Translations under genes and position numbers: made by a program
IMG/VR virus record: IMGVR_UViG_3300011616_000001
Coordinates: 20,730-84,729 of that record
Source: a virus
Taxonomy: Duplodnaviria > Caudoviricetes
Length of the DNA stretch: 64,000 nucleotides
Strand: one strand, 5' to 3'
Notes under the pieces: generated by a model
Database searches by the model: none
What the model was told of the DNA's origin: nothing
The model's input: only the letters and a program-made list of their open reading frames with translations
Shown: in pieces, positions 48,225 to 57,639 of the stretch
Position numbering within the stretch: position 1 is the first letter of the stretch
Layout of the letters: every line of letters starts with the position of its first letter

Positions 48225-49430
48225 CAAGTTAAGGAACACAAGCAATAAAAAAAGAAAAGCCGGTATCAATGGCCTAGACAACCAACCGACTTTTCCCAAC
48301 CAAACTTGACAAGTCAAATTTGTATCTTCATTCTAATACATTTTTATGAACTTTTCAAGTGCGGTCTGCACAAAATTCCAAAACTTAGTTTTACCGTTAC
48401 TGAGATTGAAACGTCCCACAATAGGGATAGGCCACGGCTAAAGAACATTGACAACTAAACACGGCATACATTGAAAGTCGGTTCTAAAATGCCCATATGG
48501 GGCGGTTCCGGTCAGTAGTGTAGAAGTAATCAGCCTGAAATGATTACCGGGTTTCGTGGTATCCCGTCCTATAAATAAATGAGAGAGGAAAAAAATACTA
48601 CTGCATAGTGCGCGGTGCAACAATCAACGCGTTAAGGGTGAATATAGAAAAGGTATTTGCCTGACAGATTATCAATTGAATGCTTAACAATCGTTACCGC
48701 TACAAAATAAAAGCGGTATACAAATACATATCTTAATCCTGTTTGTAACAGGCCAGATCTAACGGAATTACATTCAAGTCCTATGCAGTCATAGGCAATT
48801 CCAAACAGAACGAAACACTCAGCAATGCAATCAAAATCCTGTATCTGTCCACAAAGATAAATCAGTACAGGTGATTCACGGGTTTAAAGTTTTCAATCGT
48901 TAATGAAAAGTTGCTTAACAATGTGGTGAGTTTTTCCGGCCCTGTACTGGACACTAAGCTGAAAATACAAAACGGAACGCAAGAAAATAGCGTGAAAATA
49001 TCAATGGCTCAAGACAAGCAATGCCATTACAATTGTGCTTGCATTGTGTGAAAGCAGTTATCACACTTTAAAATGATTAACGCTGCCGATCATTCCAGGC
49101 ATAAGGGGAATGGGTGGGAAGTACCGTAGATAATCAAGAAAAGAACTACAGACGCAATAAACCGCCATCGCAGGAACGAGTTACTTGTATACACGCTGCA
49201 TAAAAGGGAACAAGAACGGCGAACCCCGGTTAAGCTGCCGTCTGGATGTCTGACGTAAACGACATAGTTTTATTATCTATCATGCAAAGAAGCACAAGAA
49301 ACAAACGTGAGACGTTGTAAAAGAATCCTAACCACCGCCAAACGGGACATACGGCAAACTATTACAATTAGTCATATCCCTTGTAAAATTCAGCTTGTTT
49401 GCATGGCTACATAATAAAATGAGAAAAAGA
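48225..49430 (+). ncRNA. Candidate long structured leader/ncRNA (~1.2 kb)
   Basis: No plus-strand ORF of 60 aa or more between the promoter and ATG 49440; more than 10 short hairpins visible. Confidence 0.45.
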
Positions 49431-49439
49431 GGTGGATAT

Positions 49440-49742
49440 ATGAATTTTCACAAAATAAGAAATATTGATAAGTCTGTATGTACGGCAGAACAAAAAATTG
49501 CTTATAATTATGCACTTAGCGATTATTTATGGGTAATGAAAAGTGATTTAGAACTGTATGAATATTTACAGAATGTCTCTGAGCGTATTAAGAATGATCG
49601 TAATATGTTCAAGTATGACATTAACGCAATAATTCATTGTCTTAGAAATGGCTTTATTGATTACTGCAAGATGAAATATCACATAGTTACCAGTTATGAA
49701 GAGATTGGAAGGATTTTTTATAGTATGTATCCGGTGAAATAG
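49440..49742 (+). CDS. Hypothetical protein
   Basis: RBS GAGGTG, ATG 49440. Confidence 0.65.
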   Translation: MNFHKIRNIDKSVCTAEQKIAYNYALSDYLWVMKSDLELYEYLQNVSERIKNDRNMFKYDINAIIHCLRNGFIDYCKMKYHIVTSYEEIGRIFYSMYPVK

Positions 49743-49762
49743 AATAAAGAAGAGGTAATCAT

Positions 49763-50227
49763 ATGAAGATTTATAACAGAAATGATGTGGAATCAACTGT
49801 AGCAAAAATGCGTAAAAGATACAAATTTCCAGAGAGTAAGAAGGAAGTCGGAAGAAAAAAGACTTCTTTTTTTTATGATCTTACAATGTTGAGTGATAAC
49901 TTACCGTTGGATATTTTGAACTCAATTATTGAGCAAACGATGGAACAACATAGTACACTAAATAACTTTTGTGTCGCGTCTGCCATCAGTAAAACAGAGA
50001 GATTAAATTATTATGTTTATATTGACCTGGTTGATTATAGTGTGCGAGATTCACAAGAAAAAATGATTTATAGACTTGCACAATGCTGCGGAATTAGAGT
50101 TGCTACATTTAAGCCTAATTGTTATGGCATATTTAATATTCCGAATTCTAACAACGAATATGGATCAGTCAGACAGAGCGTAATTAATCATGTAAAAGAG
50201 ATTGTTGTTGATGAAAATGCATCGTAA
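49763..50227 (+). CDS. Hypothetical protein
   Basis: RBS GAGGT, ATG. Confidence 0.6.
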   Translation: MKIYNRNDVESTVAKMRKRYKFPESKKEVGRKKTSFFYDLTMLSDNLPLDILNSIIEQTMEQHSTLNNFCVASAISKTERLNYYVYIDLVDYSVRDSQEKMIYRLAQCCGIRVATFKPNCYGIFNIPNSNNEYGSVRQSVINHVKEIVVDENAS

Positions 50228-50284
50228 TTCAGAGGTCGGAAAATATCCGGCCTTTTATATTGCCAAATAAGGGAGGTAAATTAT

Positions 50285-50470
50285 ATGTCAAACCTAACAG
50301 AATATCAAAACGGAATCGTGACGGCATTTGAAGACTGGACAAAACAGGGAAAGGAGTTCGTGTTTTCTGTTATTTATGATGATACAGAGCCAAGTTGCGA
50401 ATATGATAAAGGGTATATCGATTTCGTAAATATGTTCTTTTCCGAGGAAAAAGCCAATGAAAAAGCTTAG
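50285..50470 (+). CDS. Hypothetical protein
   Basis: RBS GGGAGG. Confidence 0.55.
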   Translation: MSNLTEYQNGIVTAFEDWTKQGKEFVFSVIYDDTEPSCEYDKGYIDFVNMFFSEEKANEKA

Positions 50471-50648
50471 ATCAGTAAATCAACACACAATCTGTCAACT
50501 GACAGCAAAAGAGCAAGTAGACCGGAACACAACATCCCCATACGTAGCAGTTCTAAAAGATGAAATGGAGTTTTCAAGGGAATTACGTGACATTGATTGG
50601 GAAGCGGATAGTTTAGAGGAACTGGTTGAATGGTGTAAACATTATTGA
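50457..50648 (+). CDS. Hypothetical protein
   Basis: Overlaps the previous gene's end; ADSLEELVEWC. Confidence 0.5.
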   Translation: MKKLRSVNQHTICQLTAKEQVDRNTTSPYVAVLKDEMEFSRELRDIDWEADSLEELVEWCKHY

Positions 50649-50658
50649 AGGAGGAACT

Positions 50659-51018
50659 ATGAAAAAAGAATATACAGTTGAAAAAGTAACAGAGACAAGA
50701 TCGCTTTACACCTTTTCAGAAGTAAACGGAAAAAGCGAAAAAATTGTAATTGAACTTTTAGAATGTACGAATTCCAAAAGTAAAAAATCGCTTCCTTGTT
50801 TGTGGGTTAAACATGGCTTTATAGATCGTATTTTAGATACATATCTGTGTGTGAATACTTACGTGACTGATAAAAACGGAAACTGTGCTATGCAATACAA
50901 TCCACAAATTAAGGCAGGAAAAATAAACTTTGAGTGGATGTTTGAAGTATCAGAAGACAATAAACAACGGCTCATTGACGAAATTTTCAGACTTGCCAAT
51001 ACAACAGATCAATTTTAA
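50659..51018 (+). CDS. Hypothetical protein
   Basis: RBS AGGAGG, ATG 50659. Confidence 0.65.
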   Translation: MKKEYTVEKVTETRSLYTFSEVNGKSEKIVIELLECTNSKSKKSLPCLWVKHGFIDRILDTYLCVNTYVTDKNGNCAMQYNPQIKAGKINFEWMFEVSEDNKQRLIDEIFRLANTTDQF

Positions 51019-51032
51019 AGGGGGAAACTGAG

Positions 51033-51545
51033 ATGATCAGAATTTATATTACAAATTTAGGGAAATACAACGAAGGTATATTAATGGGCGAATGGGTAAC
51101 ATTACCAGCCGATGAGGATACACTAGAAGGGGTATACGCAAGAATCGGGATCAATGAGCAATATGAGGAAATCTTTATTACAGATTCTGAAACAGATATT
51201 GATTACTTGGAAATTGAGGAATTCACCAGCATTGATTATCTGAATGAAATAGCTGAACAAACTGACCTTTTTGATGAATACGAGTTATGGGCATTGTCAG
51301 CTTTTTTAATGAATGGCAAAAAACTGGATAGTGCAATTGAAAGCGTTAATGATGGAGAATATACCATATATGAAGGTTGTAGCGATATGACAGACGTCGC
51401 CTACCATCTGGTAGACGAATTGGATATGTTATCAAATTGCCCTGAAAATCTGGCAAGATATTTCGATTATGAAGCATTTGGCCGGGATATTGGCATAGAA
51501 GGTTCATACTATCAAGTTAATGGCTGCATGGTGGAATTACATTAA
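51033..51545 (+). CDS. ardA: ArdA antirestriction protein
   Basis: IYITNLGKYNEGILMGEWVTLP, YEEIFITD, YFDYEAFGRDI; highly acidic. Confidence 0.92.
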   Translation: MIRIYITNLGKYNEGILMGEWVTLPADEDTLEGVYARIGINEQYEEIFITDSETDIDYLEIEEFTSIDYLNEIAEQTDLFDEYELWALSAFLMNGKKLDSAIESVNDGEYTIYEGCSDMTDVAYHLVDELDMLSNCPENLARYFDYEAFGRDIGIEGSYYQVNGCMVELH

Positions 51546-51637
51546 ATAATAAATAACCAGAAGCACAGACAATTCCGTCCGGTGCTTATTTTATTGGATG
51601 AAATTTGGATTTTAACATAGTAGAAAGTAGGTGGATT

Positions 51638-51802
51638 ATGGAAGGATGGACAGTTATCACTTATGACCGGCACGGAAACCGGTCAAAGGAGATCAAAGAG
51701 GAGACGGAACTAGAATGTGCTAAAGTATGTGTTGCCCAACTAAGAATGGGATACCCAGCACCGACTGTCTGGTTTAACGGTGAGCGTGTTTTTGGATATT
51801 GA
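51638..51802 (+). CDS. Hypothetical protein
   Basis: RBS AGGTGG, ATG 51638. Confidence 0.45.
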   Translation: MEGWTVITYDRHGNRSKEIKEETELECAKVCVAQLRMGYPAPTVWFNGERVFGY

Positions 51803-51866
51803 TGCAAGGTTTATATCTGTCATAGGATATGAACCTATTTTATTGAACACAAAGGAGTATAGCTAT

Positions 51867-52091
51867 ATGAAACAAACATTTGAAGTAGAAAATAACAATC
51901 TGTTTATCAGACAGTTGCCGGGATCCGTACAAGATCAGATCAGGCGCGATCTGGAGACATATGCCAAAGAGACGGGCGAAGATGTTCCGGTAATTGATCC
52001 GGAAACAGGCGATTACCTGCCTATGTCGGATCGCTTCTGTTGGATAGAGGAAATATACCATGAACCAGAGGAGGATGAAGAATTATGTTGA
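51867..52091 (+). CDS. Hypothetical protein
   Basis: RBS AAGGAG, ATG 51867. Confidence 0.6.
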   Translation: MKQTFEVENNNLFIRQLPGSVQDQIRRDLETYAKETGEDVPVIDPETGDYLPMSDRFCWIEEIYHEPEEDEELC

Positions 52092-52384
52092 ATAAGAAGC
52101 AAAAGGCAATACTGAGAGCCTACGGAAAAGCACAGTTATCACTAATGTCTCATGCGGTTGCCATTTTGGACTATGACGATGGAGAAGAGGATTATTTGGC
52201 ATTGTCCTGTATTGAATTGTTTAAGAATTATAGACAGAACAAGGGGCTGCGTATCGTCAATTGGCAACATCCACACACTAGCCCTTGTTGGAGTAATTAC
52301 GGTATTGGTGACAATGATTTTTCGGACTACATGCACAGGCGATTCCCATTATTGTATCCGGATACCTACAACAATGAAAACTAA
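52085..52384 (+). CDS. Hypothetical protein
   Basis: Coupled to the previous gene. Confidence 0.55.
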   Translation: MLNKKQKAILRAYGKAQLSLMSHAVAILDYDDGEEDYLALSCIELFKNYRQNKGLRIVNWQHPHTSPCWSNYGIGDNDFSDYMHRRFPLLYPDTYNNEN

Positions 52385-52405
52385 ATTTCGTAAGGAGATG
52401 TTGGA

Positions 52406-52645
52406 ATGACTGAAAGAGAGCGAGATAAATGCAAAATATTAGTAAATGAGGCCATTCAATCTGCGCGTTCAGCTAAAGCAGATTTTGAACAATGTAAAAC
52501 AAGAATGGCAACAGATTCACTGTCCTTGGAAACTATTGAGAAACGAGGTTTGACACAGTACAACTATGCAGATGGCATATATCATGCATTGACTGTCATT
52601 GGGTTCAACCATCCGTATGTAGATGAGTTGAAAAAGCTGCTTTGA
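52406..52645 (+). CDS. Hypothetical protein
   Basis: RBS AAGGAG. Confidence 0.55.
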   Translation: MTERERDKCKILVNEAIQSARSAKADFEQCKTRMATDSLSLETIEKRGLTQYNYADGIYHALTVIGFNHPYVDELKKLL

Positions 52646-52696
52646 TAATACGATAAAACAACTATTTCAGTGGGGCGAAGATGAGTTGAATAGTTG

Positions 52697-52752
52697 TTGT
52701 GTAATAATTACACAATGATAGTGTTGACTATTGCGCAATAAGTGTGTATAAT
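52697..52752 (+). promoter_or_regulatory. hicAB promoter and palindromic operator
   Basis: TTGACT(52724)-17-TATAAT(52747); palindromes TTGTGTAATAATTACACAA and TATTGCGCAATA. Confidence 0.75.
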
Positions 52753-52774
52753 AAGTGTGTAAGGGGGCATACTA

Positions 52775-52948
52775 ATGAAACAACGAGATTTTGTTAAGAA
52801 ACTTGAAGATGGTGGGTTTATCTTTGAGAGACATGGTGGCAACCATGACATTTATGTTAGGGGAGCGGAACGCGAGGAAGTCCCAAGGCATAAGGAAATT
52901 GATGAACGATTAGCTAAAGCAGTTTTGCGGAGACGGGGATTATTATAA
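52775..52948 (+). CDS. hicA: HicA mRNA-interferase toxin (57 aa, below the ORF track cutoff)
   Basis: MKQRDFVKKLEDGGFIFERHGGNHDIY...VPRHKEIDERLAKAVLRR. Confidence 0.92.
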   Translation: MKQRDFVKKLEDGGFIFERHGGNHDIYVRGAEREEVPRHKEIDERLAKAVLRRRGLL

Positions 52949-53014
52949 TCCCTTATCTCTGTAATTATGATAAATATTGTGATACATATTGTTGAAGGAA
53001 TGGAGGAAATAAAC

Positions 53015-53431
53015 GTGAAAAATGTATATCCAGTTTTTTTTACAGTGACCGATACTAATATTTTAGTAGAAGTACCAGACTTGGAAATACTTACTGAAGG
53101 AACAGATATGAATAATGCTATTATTATGGCTAGAGATGCAATTGAATTAAAATGTGTTTCTATGGAAGATGCAAAAGAAGAAATTCCGGAACCGTCTGAT
53201 ATATCTTCATTAGATGAAAGTAAAGGTACCTTTTCAGAGGAAGGAAAAACATATGTGTCATTGGTTGATGTTGATTCGGCAGAGTATAGGAGAAAAATTG
53301 ACACAAAAACAGTTAGAAGAAATGTTGCTTTGCCGAGCTGGCTAAATTATGAAGCAGAACATGCGGGAATCAATGTTTCTAGAGTTTTGCAAGATGCATT
53401 AATGAAAACGTTAGGTGTTAAGCGAATTTAA
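53015..53431 (+). CDS. hicB: HicB antitoxin
   Basis: YPVFFT...VEVPDL...TEG...AIIMARDAI; C-terminal VRRNVALPSWLN...GINVSRVLQDAL RHH. Confidence 0.92.
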   Translation: MKNVYPVFFTVTDTNILVEVPDLEILTEGTDMNNAIIMARDAIELKCVSMEDAKEEIPEPSDISSLDESKGTFSEEGKTYVSLVDVDSAEYRRKIDTKTVRRNVALPSWLNYEAEHAGINVSRVLQDALMKTLGVKRI

Positions 53432-53439
53432 AAATGTTA

Positions 53440-53466
53440 AAGCAGTCTGAAAAGGGCTGCTTTTTT
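53440..53466 (+). terminator. Intrinsic terminator after hicB
   Basis: AGCAGTC...GGCTGCT plus T-tract. Confidence 0.75.
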
Positions 53467-53508
53467 GATGGAAACTATATGAAATGATTATTGTAGAAAG
53501 GAAAGGTT

Positions 53509-53805
53509 ATGAAAAAATATAAAGGCAGTAGAGGTTTTGATGAAATTTGCGGTGAAATGACAAGCAAAGGATTAAGGGTGGACAGAACTGATTTCGACAA
53601 AGGTGGGGACTTTGTGTATTTCAAAGGGGCATGGCATGGGAATCCGTGGACAATCATGTATAACACATTCAACGGGCAGTTTTTTGTGTTTAATGGTTTT
53701 ACGGGAGAACAAGTTGCTACACATATGAGTACGGAACTTGATGACGAACCGTGGTATGTAGACCTGATGAATACACTTTATGAAAAGGAAAGTGCGGTAA
53801 ATTAA
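53509..53805 (+). CDS. Hypothetical protein
   Basis: RBS AAAGG; IMYNTFNGQFFVF. Confidence 0.6.
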   Translation: MKKYKGSRGFDEICGEMTSKGLRVDRTDFDKGGDFVYFKGAWHGNPWTIMYNTFNGQFFVFNGFTGEQVATHMSTELDDEPWYVDLMNTLYEKESAVN

Positions 53806-53827
53806 CTATTTGAAGGAGGTTGAAAAG

Positions 53828-54073
53828 ATGGCTGCAAAAGGGTATTGCGGAAACTTTTGTGCAAAATGCAGTGTAGACTGTTATTTAGATGGGAAGATAC
53901 CTTGTTCTCCGGACTGTAAAAACTTAACAGAGGATGGGAAGATCCTTGTTAGTAATTGCTTAGCGGACAGCTGCGAAGAGGTTAGATACATATTTGATAT
54001 GATCGGCAGCACAGATGCTGAAATAATTGAGAGGTACGGAGCCGTGGCAGAGTACCCATACACGTTGAAATAA
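53828..54073 (+). CDS. Cys-rich hypothetical protein
   Basis: YCGNFCAKC..C...PCSPDC; RBS GGAGG. Confidence 0.55.
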   Translation: MAAKGYCGNFCAKCSVDCYLDGKIPCSPDCKNLTEDGKILVSNCLADSCEEVRYIFDMIGSTDAEIIERYGAVAEYPYTLK

Positions 54074-54095
54074 TTCTTTCAGAGGAGAAAATAAC

Positions 54096-54395
54096 ATGAT
54101 TGAAAATTTGAGTCAGTTTAAAAACGCTTTAAAAGAAGGTAAACAATACAAAATTATCAATCACAGGGTTGAAAAATTCATAGGGCAAATGAGACAGGCA
54201 AATGTTATTCAAACAAACGGTTGCTACTTGGTTATTCCTGGAGAACCGGAACATGAAATATCATTGTTAAATGGCAAAAGGGGGTCATGGTTAGACTATG
54301 GGAAAGCGTCACAATGGGAATTTAGTGATGGAAAGTGTCGCTTGTATACCACAAGTGAAAAAGAATTTATGATTATGGAACTTGAATTTTTATAA
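54096..54395 (+). CDS. Hypothetical protein
   Basis: RBS GAGGAG. Confidence 0.6.
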   Translation: MIENLSQFKNALKEGKQYKIINHRVEKFIGQMRQANVIQTNGCYLVIPGEPEHEISLLNGKRGSWLDYGKASQWEFSDGKCRLYTTSEKEFMIMELEFL

Positions 54396-54474
54396 ATAAA
54401 ACTATCCATTTATAGTAACCATTGTATAGGGGTACATTTGAGCGTTAATAAACTATTGAGCGGAGGTAATCAGA

Positions 54475-54798
54475 ATGGGATATTATACTAATTTTAATTT
54501 GACAACCATAGGAAATTCAGATATTGCTGAAATTTTGGCTCAGATACCAGAGGAAGAATTTGAAGATAAATTCTATGCAATTGATGAATGCGGAGATTGT
54601 AACTGTGAAGCAAAATGGTATGAACATGAAACCGATATTCGTGAATTATCACTTAAGTTTCCAGAAGTTGTTTTTGTTCTATCTGGCGAAGGTGAAGAAA
54701 AAGACGACATTTGGAAAAAGTATTTTCAAAATGGCAAGATGCAAGTGTGTCGGGCAGAGATATTATTTCCGGTTTATGATGAGAAATTATTAAAATAA
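54475..54798 (+). CDS. Conserved phage hypothetical protein
   Basis: MGYYTNF...KWYEHE..IRELSLKFP...LSGEGEE...IW; RBS GGAGG. Confidence 0.65.
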   Translation: MGYYTNFNLTTIGNSDIAEILAQIPEEEFEDKFYAIDECGDCNCEAKWYEHETDIRELSLKFPEVVFVLSGEGEEKDDIWKKYFQNGKMQVCRAEILFPVYDEKLLK

Positions 54799-54845
54799 TA
54801 AGCAGAATGAAATTGTAATTCTATAGAGAAGGAGTAAGAGAATCT

Positions 54846-55043
54846 ATGGATTGTGTAATTCTCACAGCACTAAAAGGTGTCAACAAAGAGAGAAAAGCCA
54901 TATTGAAAGGATCAAGTTCAATCCTCTACACATCCAAACACTATTTGGGGAATTTTATTGAAACAGAGGTTATAAAAAGCAACGGTGTTTTTTATAAAAT
55001 ATCAGCTACAAACAAGCACTTAACAGAATTTACAGAAGTCTAA
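54846..55043 (+). CDS. Hypothetical protein
   Basis: RBS AAGGAG. Confidence 0.45.
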   Translation: MDCVILTALKGVNKERKAILKGSSSILYTSKHYLGNFIETEVIKSNGVFYKISATNKHLTEFTEV

Positions 55044-55194
55044 AAACGGTCAAATTTTAGAAAGAGAGGATTTATCATGGTTAATTTAACAAAAAAAGCT
55101 ACAGCGGAAACACTTGAAACAAGAATTGCAAAGAGATTGGAAAAGCAGAACAGACTAATTCGACTGATATTACCTAAAAGGGCGGTGAAATAGT

Positions 55195-55467
55195 ATGGAA
55201 ATTAGTAGAATGCTAACATTATCAACCGCCCATATATCGAAAGAAACAGCCGATAAACTAGGGGATCAGAATTCGATATCTTTATGGATTTATGATAAAG
55301 TCGGTTACGGATGGTTTATCTATATTCCAGACGAACATGATTTATCTACTGATATCCCTGATGATCTGTTGATTGTAGTGCAGTTTGCAAAACAAATGGA
55401 TATTGGAATAGTGTGTCTGGATTGTGACGGAAATACATTAGATCAGCTGCCGACATATGATTGGTAA
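55195..55467 (+). CDS. DUF5983-like small protein
   Basis: MLTLSTAHISKETA...YGWFIYIP...IPDDL...LDCDG. Confidence 0.6.
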   Translation: MEISRMLTLSTAHISKETADKLGDQNSISLWIYDKVGYGWFIYIPDEHDLSTDIPDDLLIVVQFAKQMDIGIVCLDCDGNTLDQLPTYDW

Positions 55468-55477
55468 GGGGGGATAA

Positions 55478-55615
55478 TGAACAATTACATAAAACAAAAA
55501 CTCTTAGGGGTTGCCCTGATAATACTATCAGTCGCAAGTCCTTTTTTATTGGAAGGAGATATTACGGCACTTGTTTTCTGTAGTTTATTTGGTGTCGGTG
55601 CAATCGTATCATAAT
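55478..55615 (+). CDS. Small two-TM membrane peptide (~45 aa)
   Basis: MNNYIKQKLLGVALIILSVASPFLLEGDITALVFCSLFGVGAIVS; RBS AGGGGG. Confidence 0.5.
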
Positions 55616-55702
55616 TACATATTGTTGACAGTTAGAAGGCATTACAAGACCTGTGCTCTGTAGTGTCTTTTATAGTGTTAATAAACAAGAACGATGGAGG
55701 AA

Positions 55703-55897
55703 ATGAGTATGAATACCTGTGTATCAATTGACTGTCCTTTTATGCGCTATTGCAAACACTACAATTTTCTTGTAGATAGAGGCGATAACTGTGCAATTCA
55801 AGAGGATATTTTGAGAAGAGCAAAGGAATACGAGAGATGTAAAAGAAAAATGGAAAGAGAAATAAGCAAGATGCTTGGAAACGAAGATGTACTGTGA
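55703..55897 (+). CDS. Cys-rich hypothetical protein
   Basis: RBS GGAGG; CVSIDCPFMRYC. Confidence 0.5.
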   Translation: MSMNTCVSIDCPFMRYCKHYNFLVDRGDNCAIQEDILRRAKEYERCKRKMEREISKMLGNEDVL

Positions 55898-55935
55898 ATA
55901 AATAAAAGTGATATTTCAAGAAAGGATGGAAGATA

Positions 55936-56256
55936 ATGGATAGCTACAGGATCTGCAGAACATATTTTAAATTTGATGGTGCCATCATTAATGGATGGCA
56001 AATTTGCCTAGAAAGAGGAACCGTTGTTTTATACACTTATACGGCTTGTAAATCTCTGGGGAATTGGCAAGAGTTCATGCGACATAGTGACATTGATCAG
56101 GTTATTAAGTATCTTGAAGGTTGTCTTTCCCATTATGATGATATGGAATCAAGTCAAATTTCAGCGCGGGCTTCACGTTGGATTAAATGCGAAAAAGATT
56201 GGCAAAAAAGAACTTTGGAAGAAGTTGTGAAATATAGTATTAGAACAAAAAAATGA
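55936..56256 (+). CDS. Hypothetical protein
   Basis: ORF track plus SD-like AGGA/GGAAG. Confidence 0.5.
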   Translation: MDSYRICRTYFKFDGAIINGWQICLERGTVVLYTYTACKSLGNWQEFMRHSDIDQVIKYLEGCLSHYDDMESSQISARASRWIKCEKDWQKRTLEEVVKYSIRTKK

Positions 56257-56328
56257 TGAGATTTTCATGAGTTTATAAAAATAGATGATATAATTGGTTT
56301 AACAACTTCATCACGAGGAGGATCTTAA

Positions 56329-56547
56329 ATGCCCAAACTAACAATAGAATATGATTTAAAAGATGTTACCCCCGCGTTCGCTGTAGAAGTGATCATTGCG
56401 TCTTGCGAGTGTAACATGGATCTGGTGTCAAAAATCACATATGGTGAGGATTTGGATTACGATAGAGACGGCGGTTTCTATATGTCAAAGGAAATAAAAC
56501 AGGCAAAGGGATATAAAGCGTTACGCAATTTATTGGAAATTGATTAA
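56329..56547 (+). CDS. Hypothetical protein
   Basis: RBS GAGGAGG. Confidence 0.6.
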   Translation: MPKLTIEYDLKDVTPAFAVEVIIASCECNMDLVSKITYGEDLDYDRDGGFYMSKEIKQAKGYKALRNLLEID

Positions 56548-56580
56548 GGGAAGGTGATAAAAATCATCTTCCTTTTTTGA
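56548..56580 (+). terminator. Intrinsic terminator
   Basis: GGAAGGTGAT/ATCATCTTCC plus T-tract. Confidence 0.7.
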
Positions 56581-56619
56581 TGGATGAAAGCATGATTTCA
56601 GAAAGGAGTTTGAATAATA

Positions 56620-57171
56620 ATGAGCAAATATATATTATATGGAACTAAACTTATCGCTAACGATAACACCCTGAGAGATTTTGCACAGTGCGTTTACGAA
56701 TCCTGTCCTCTTGAGACTGTATTAGATAATGAAGATGAGCGAACTGATTTTATAATGCAATGTGTGAATGACATATTGTCAGACGACTTGAGCCGCACTG
56801 ATATAAATTATGAAAAATTACTCTTTAGGTATCGTGATGAACTGGGAGATTTATTCTTTCGTATGTGGGAGAGAGAGATTTGTGTTAGTCAACCTGAATT
56901 TACGGGAGAAAAAGCAAAGCCGTTTTTTAATGAAGTTGTATATTATTATATTCTTCTTCATTTCGAGGAGTTCTCTGGTGAAATACATAAAAATAACTGC
57001 AATGATCATCAAAATGAAGAACCATTAAAACAGTATTATGTGTCATATAGCGGTGGTCATATTGTAACTGCTAAAGATGATGATGAAGCTTGTGAGTTTG
57101 CAATGGATGAGATAAGTCTTGACGATGTAAATGCTTATCTCATGAATGATGATGGCACAGTTCAACAATAA
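56620..57171 (+). CDS. Acidic hypothetical protein
   Basis: RBS AAGGAG. Confidence 0.6.
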   Translation: MSKYILYGTKLIANDNTLRDFAQCVYESCPLETVLDNEDERTDFIMQCVNDILSDDLSRTDINYEKLLFRYRDELGDLFFRMWEREICVSQPEFTGEKAKPFFNEVVYYYILLHFEEFSGEIHKNNCNDHQNEEPLKQYYVSYSGGHIVTAKDDDEACEFAMDEISLDDVNAYLMNDDGTVQQ

Positions 57172-57201
57172 GTGATGAAAAACACATTTTAAAAGGAGAC
57201 G

Positions 57202-57639
57202 GTGATGAGAGTAGAATATACAACAAAAGAGGTAAAAGTTCCAGTTTATATTGCAGATGACGAAACCCCATTTGCCGAAGAATGGCAATGCGAACAACAT
57301 GAACGAGATAAACGGATAGATGAACTGAATGATCTGATACATAAGCTGTTAGTTATATGTAGCGATAGTCACAATCCTTGTGATGGGGGATATTATCCGG
57401 ATAAATTCTACAATTGTTGGTATCGGGTGAAAACTATTGAGGAGATAGGATATTTAAATGAACTCTACCACACCGATGTTGTTGTAGATAATTTGCCAGA
57501 ATACGTAAATCTCAATTTTCACAGTGATGGTGAGGTATATGACTGGAGAACCCTGACTGACTGCATGAATTATGTCAAAGAGTTCTTTGGCGGTAGATTG
57601 GGAATCGATGTTGATTTTAAGAAAAGGGAAGGTGAATAA
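57202..57639 (+). CDS. Hypothetical protein
   Basis: RBS AAGGAG. Confidence 0.6.
   Translation: MMRVEYTTKEVKVPVYIADDETPFAEEWQCEQHERDKRIDELNDLIHKLLVICSDSHNPCDGGYYPDKFYNCWYRVKTIEEIGYLNELYHTDVVVDNLPEYVNLNFHSDGEVYDWRTLTDCMNYVKEFFGGRLGIDVDFKKREGE

Noticed and set aside
48608-48612. GUGCG as a group II intron 5' end in the long leader
   Set aside because: No domain V (AGC/CGC triad with GNRA loop) or RT ORF found downstream.
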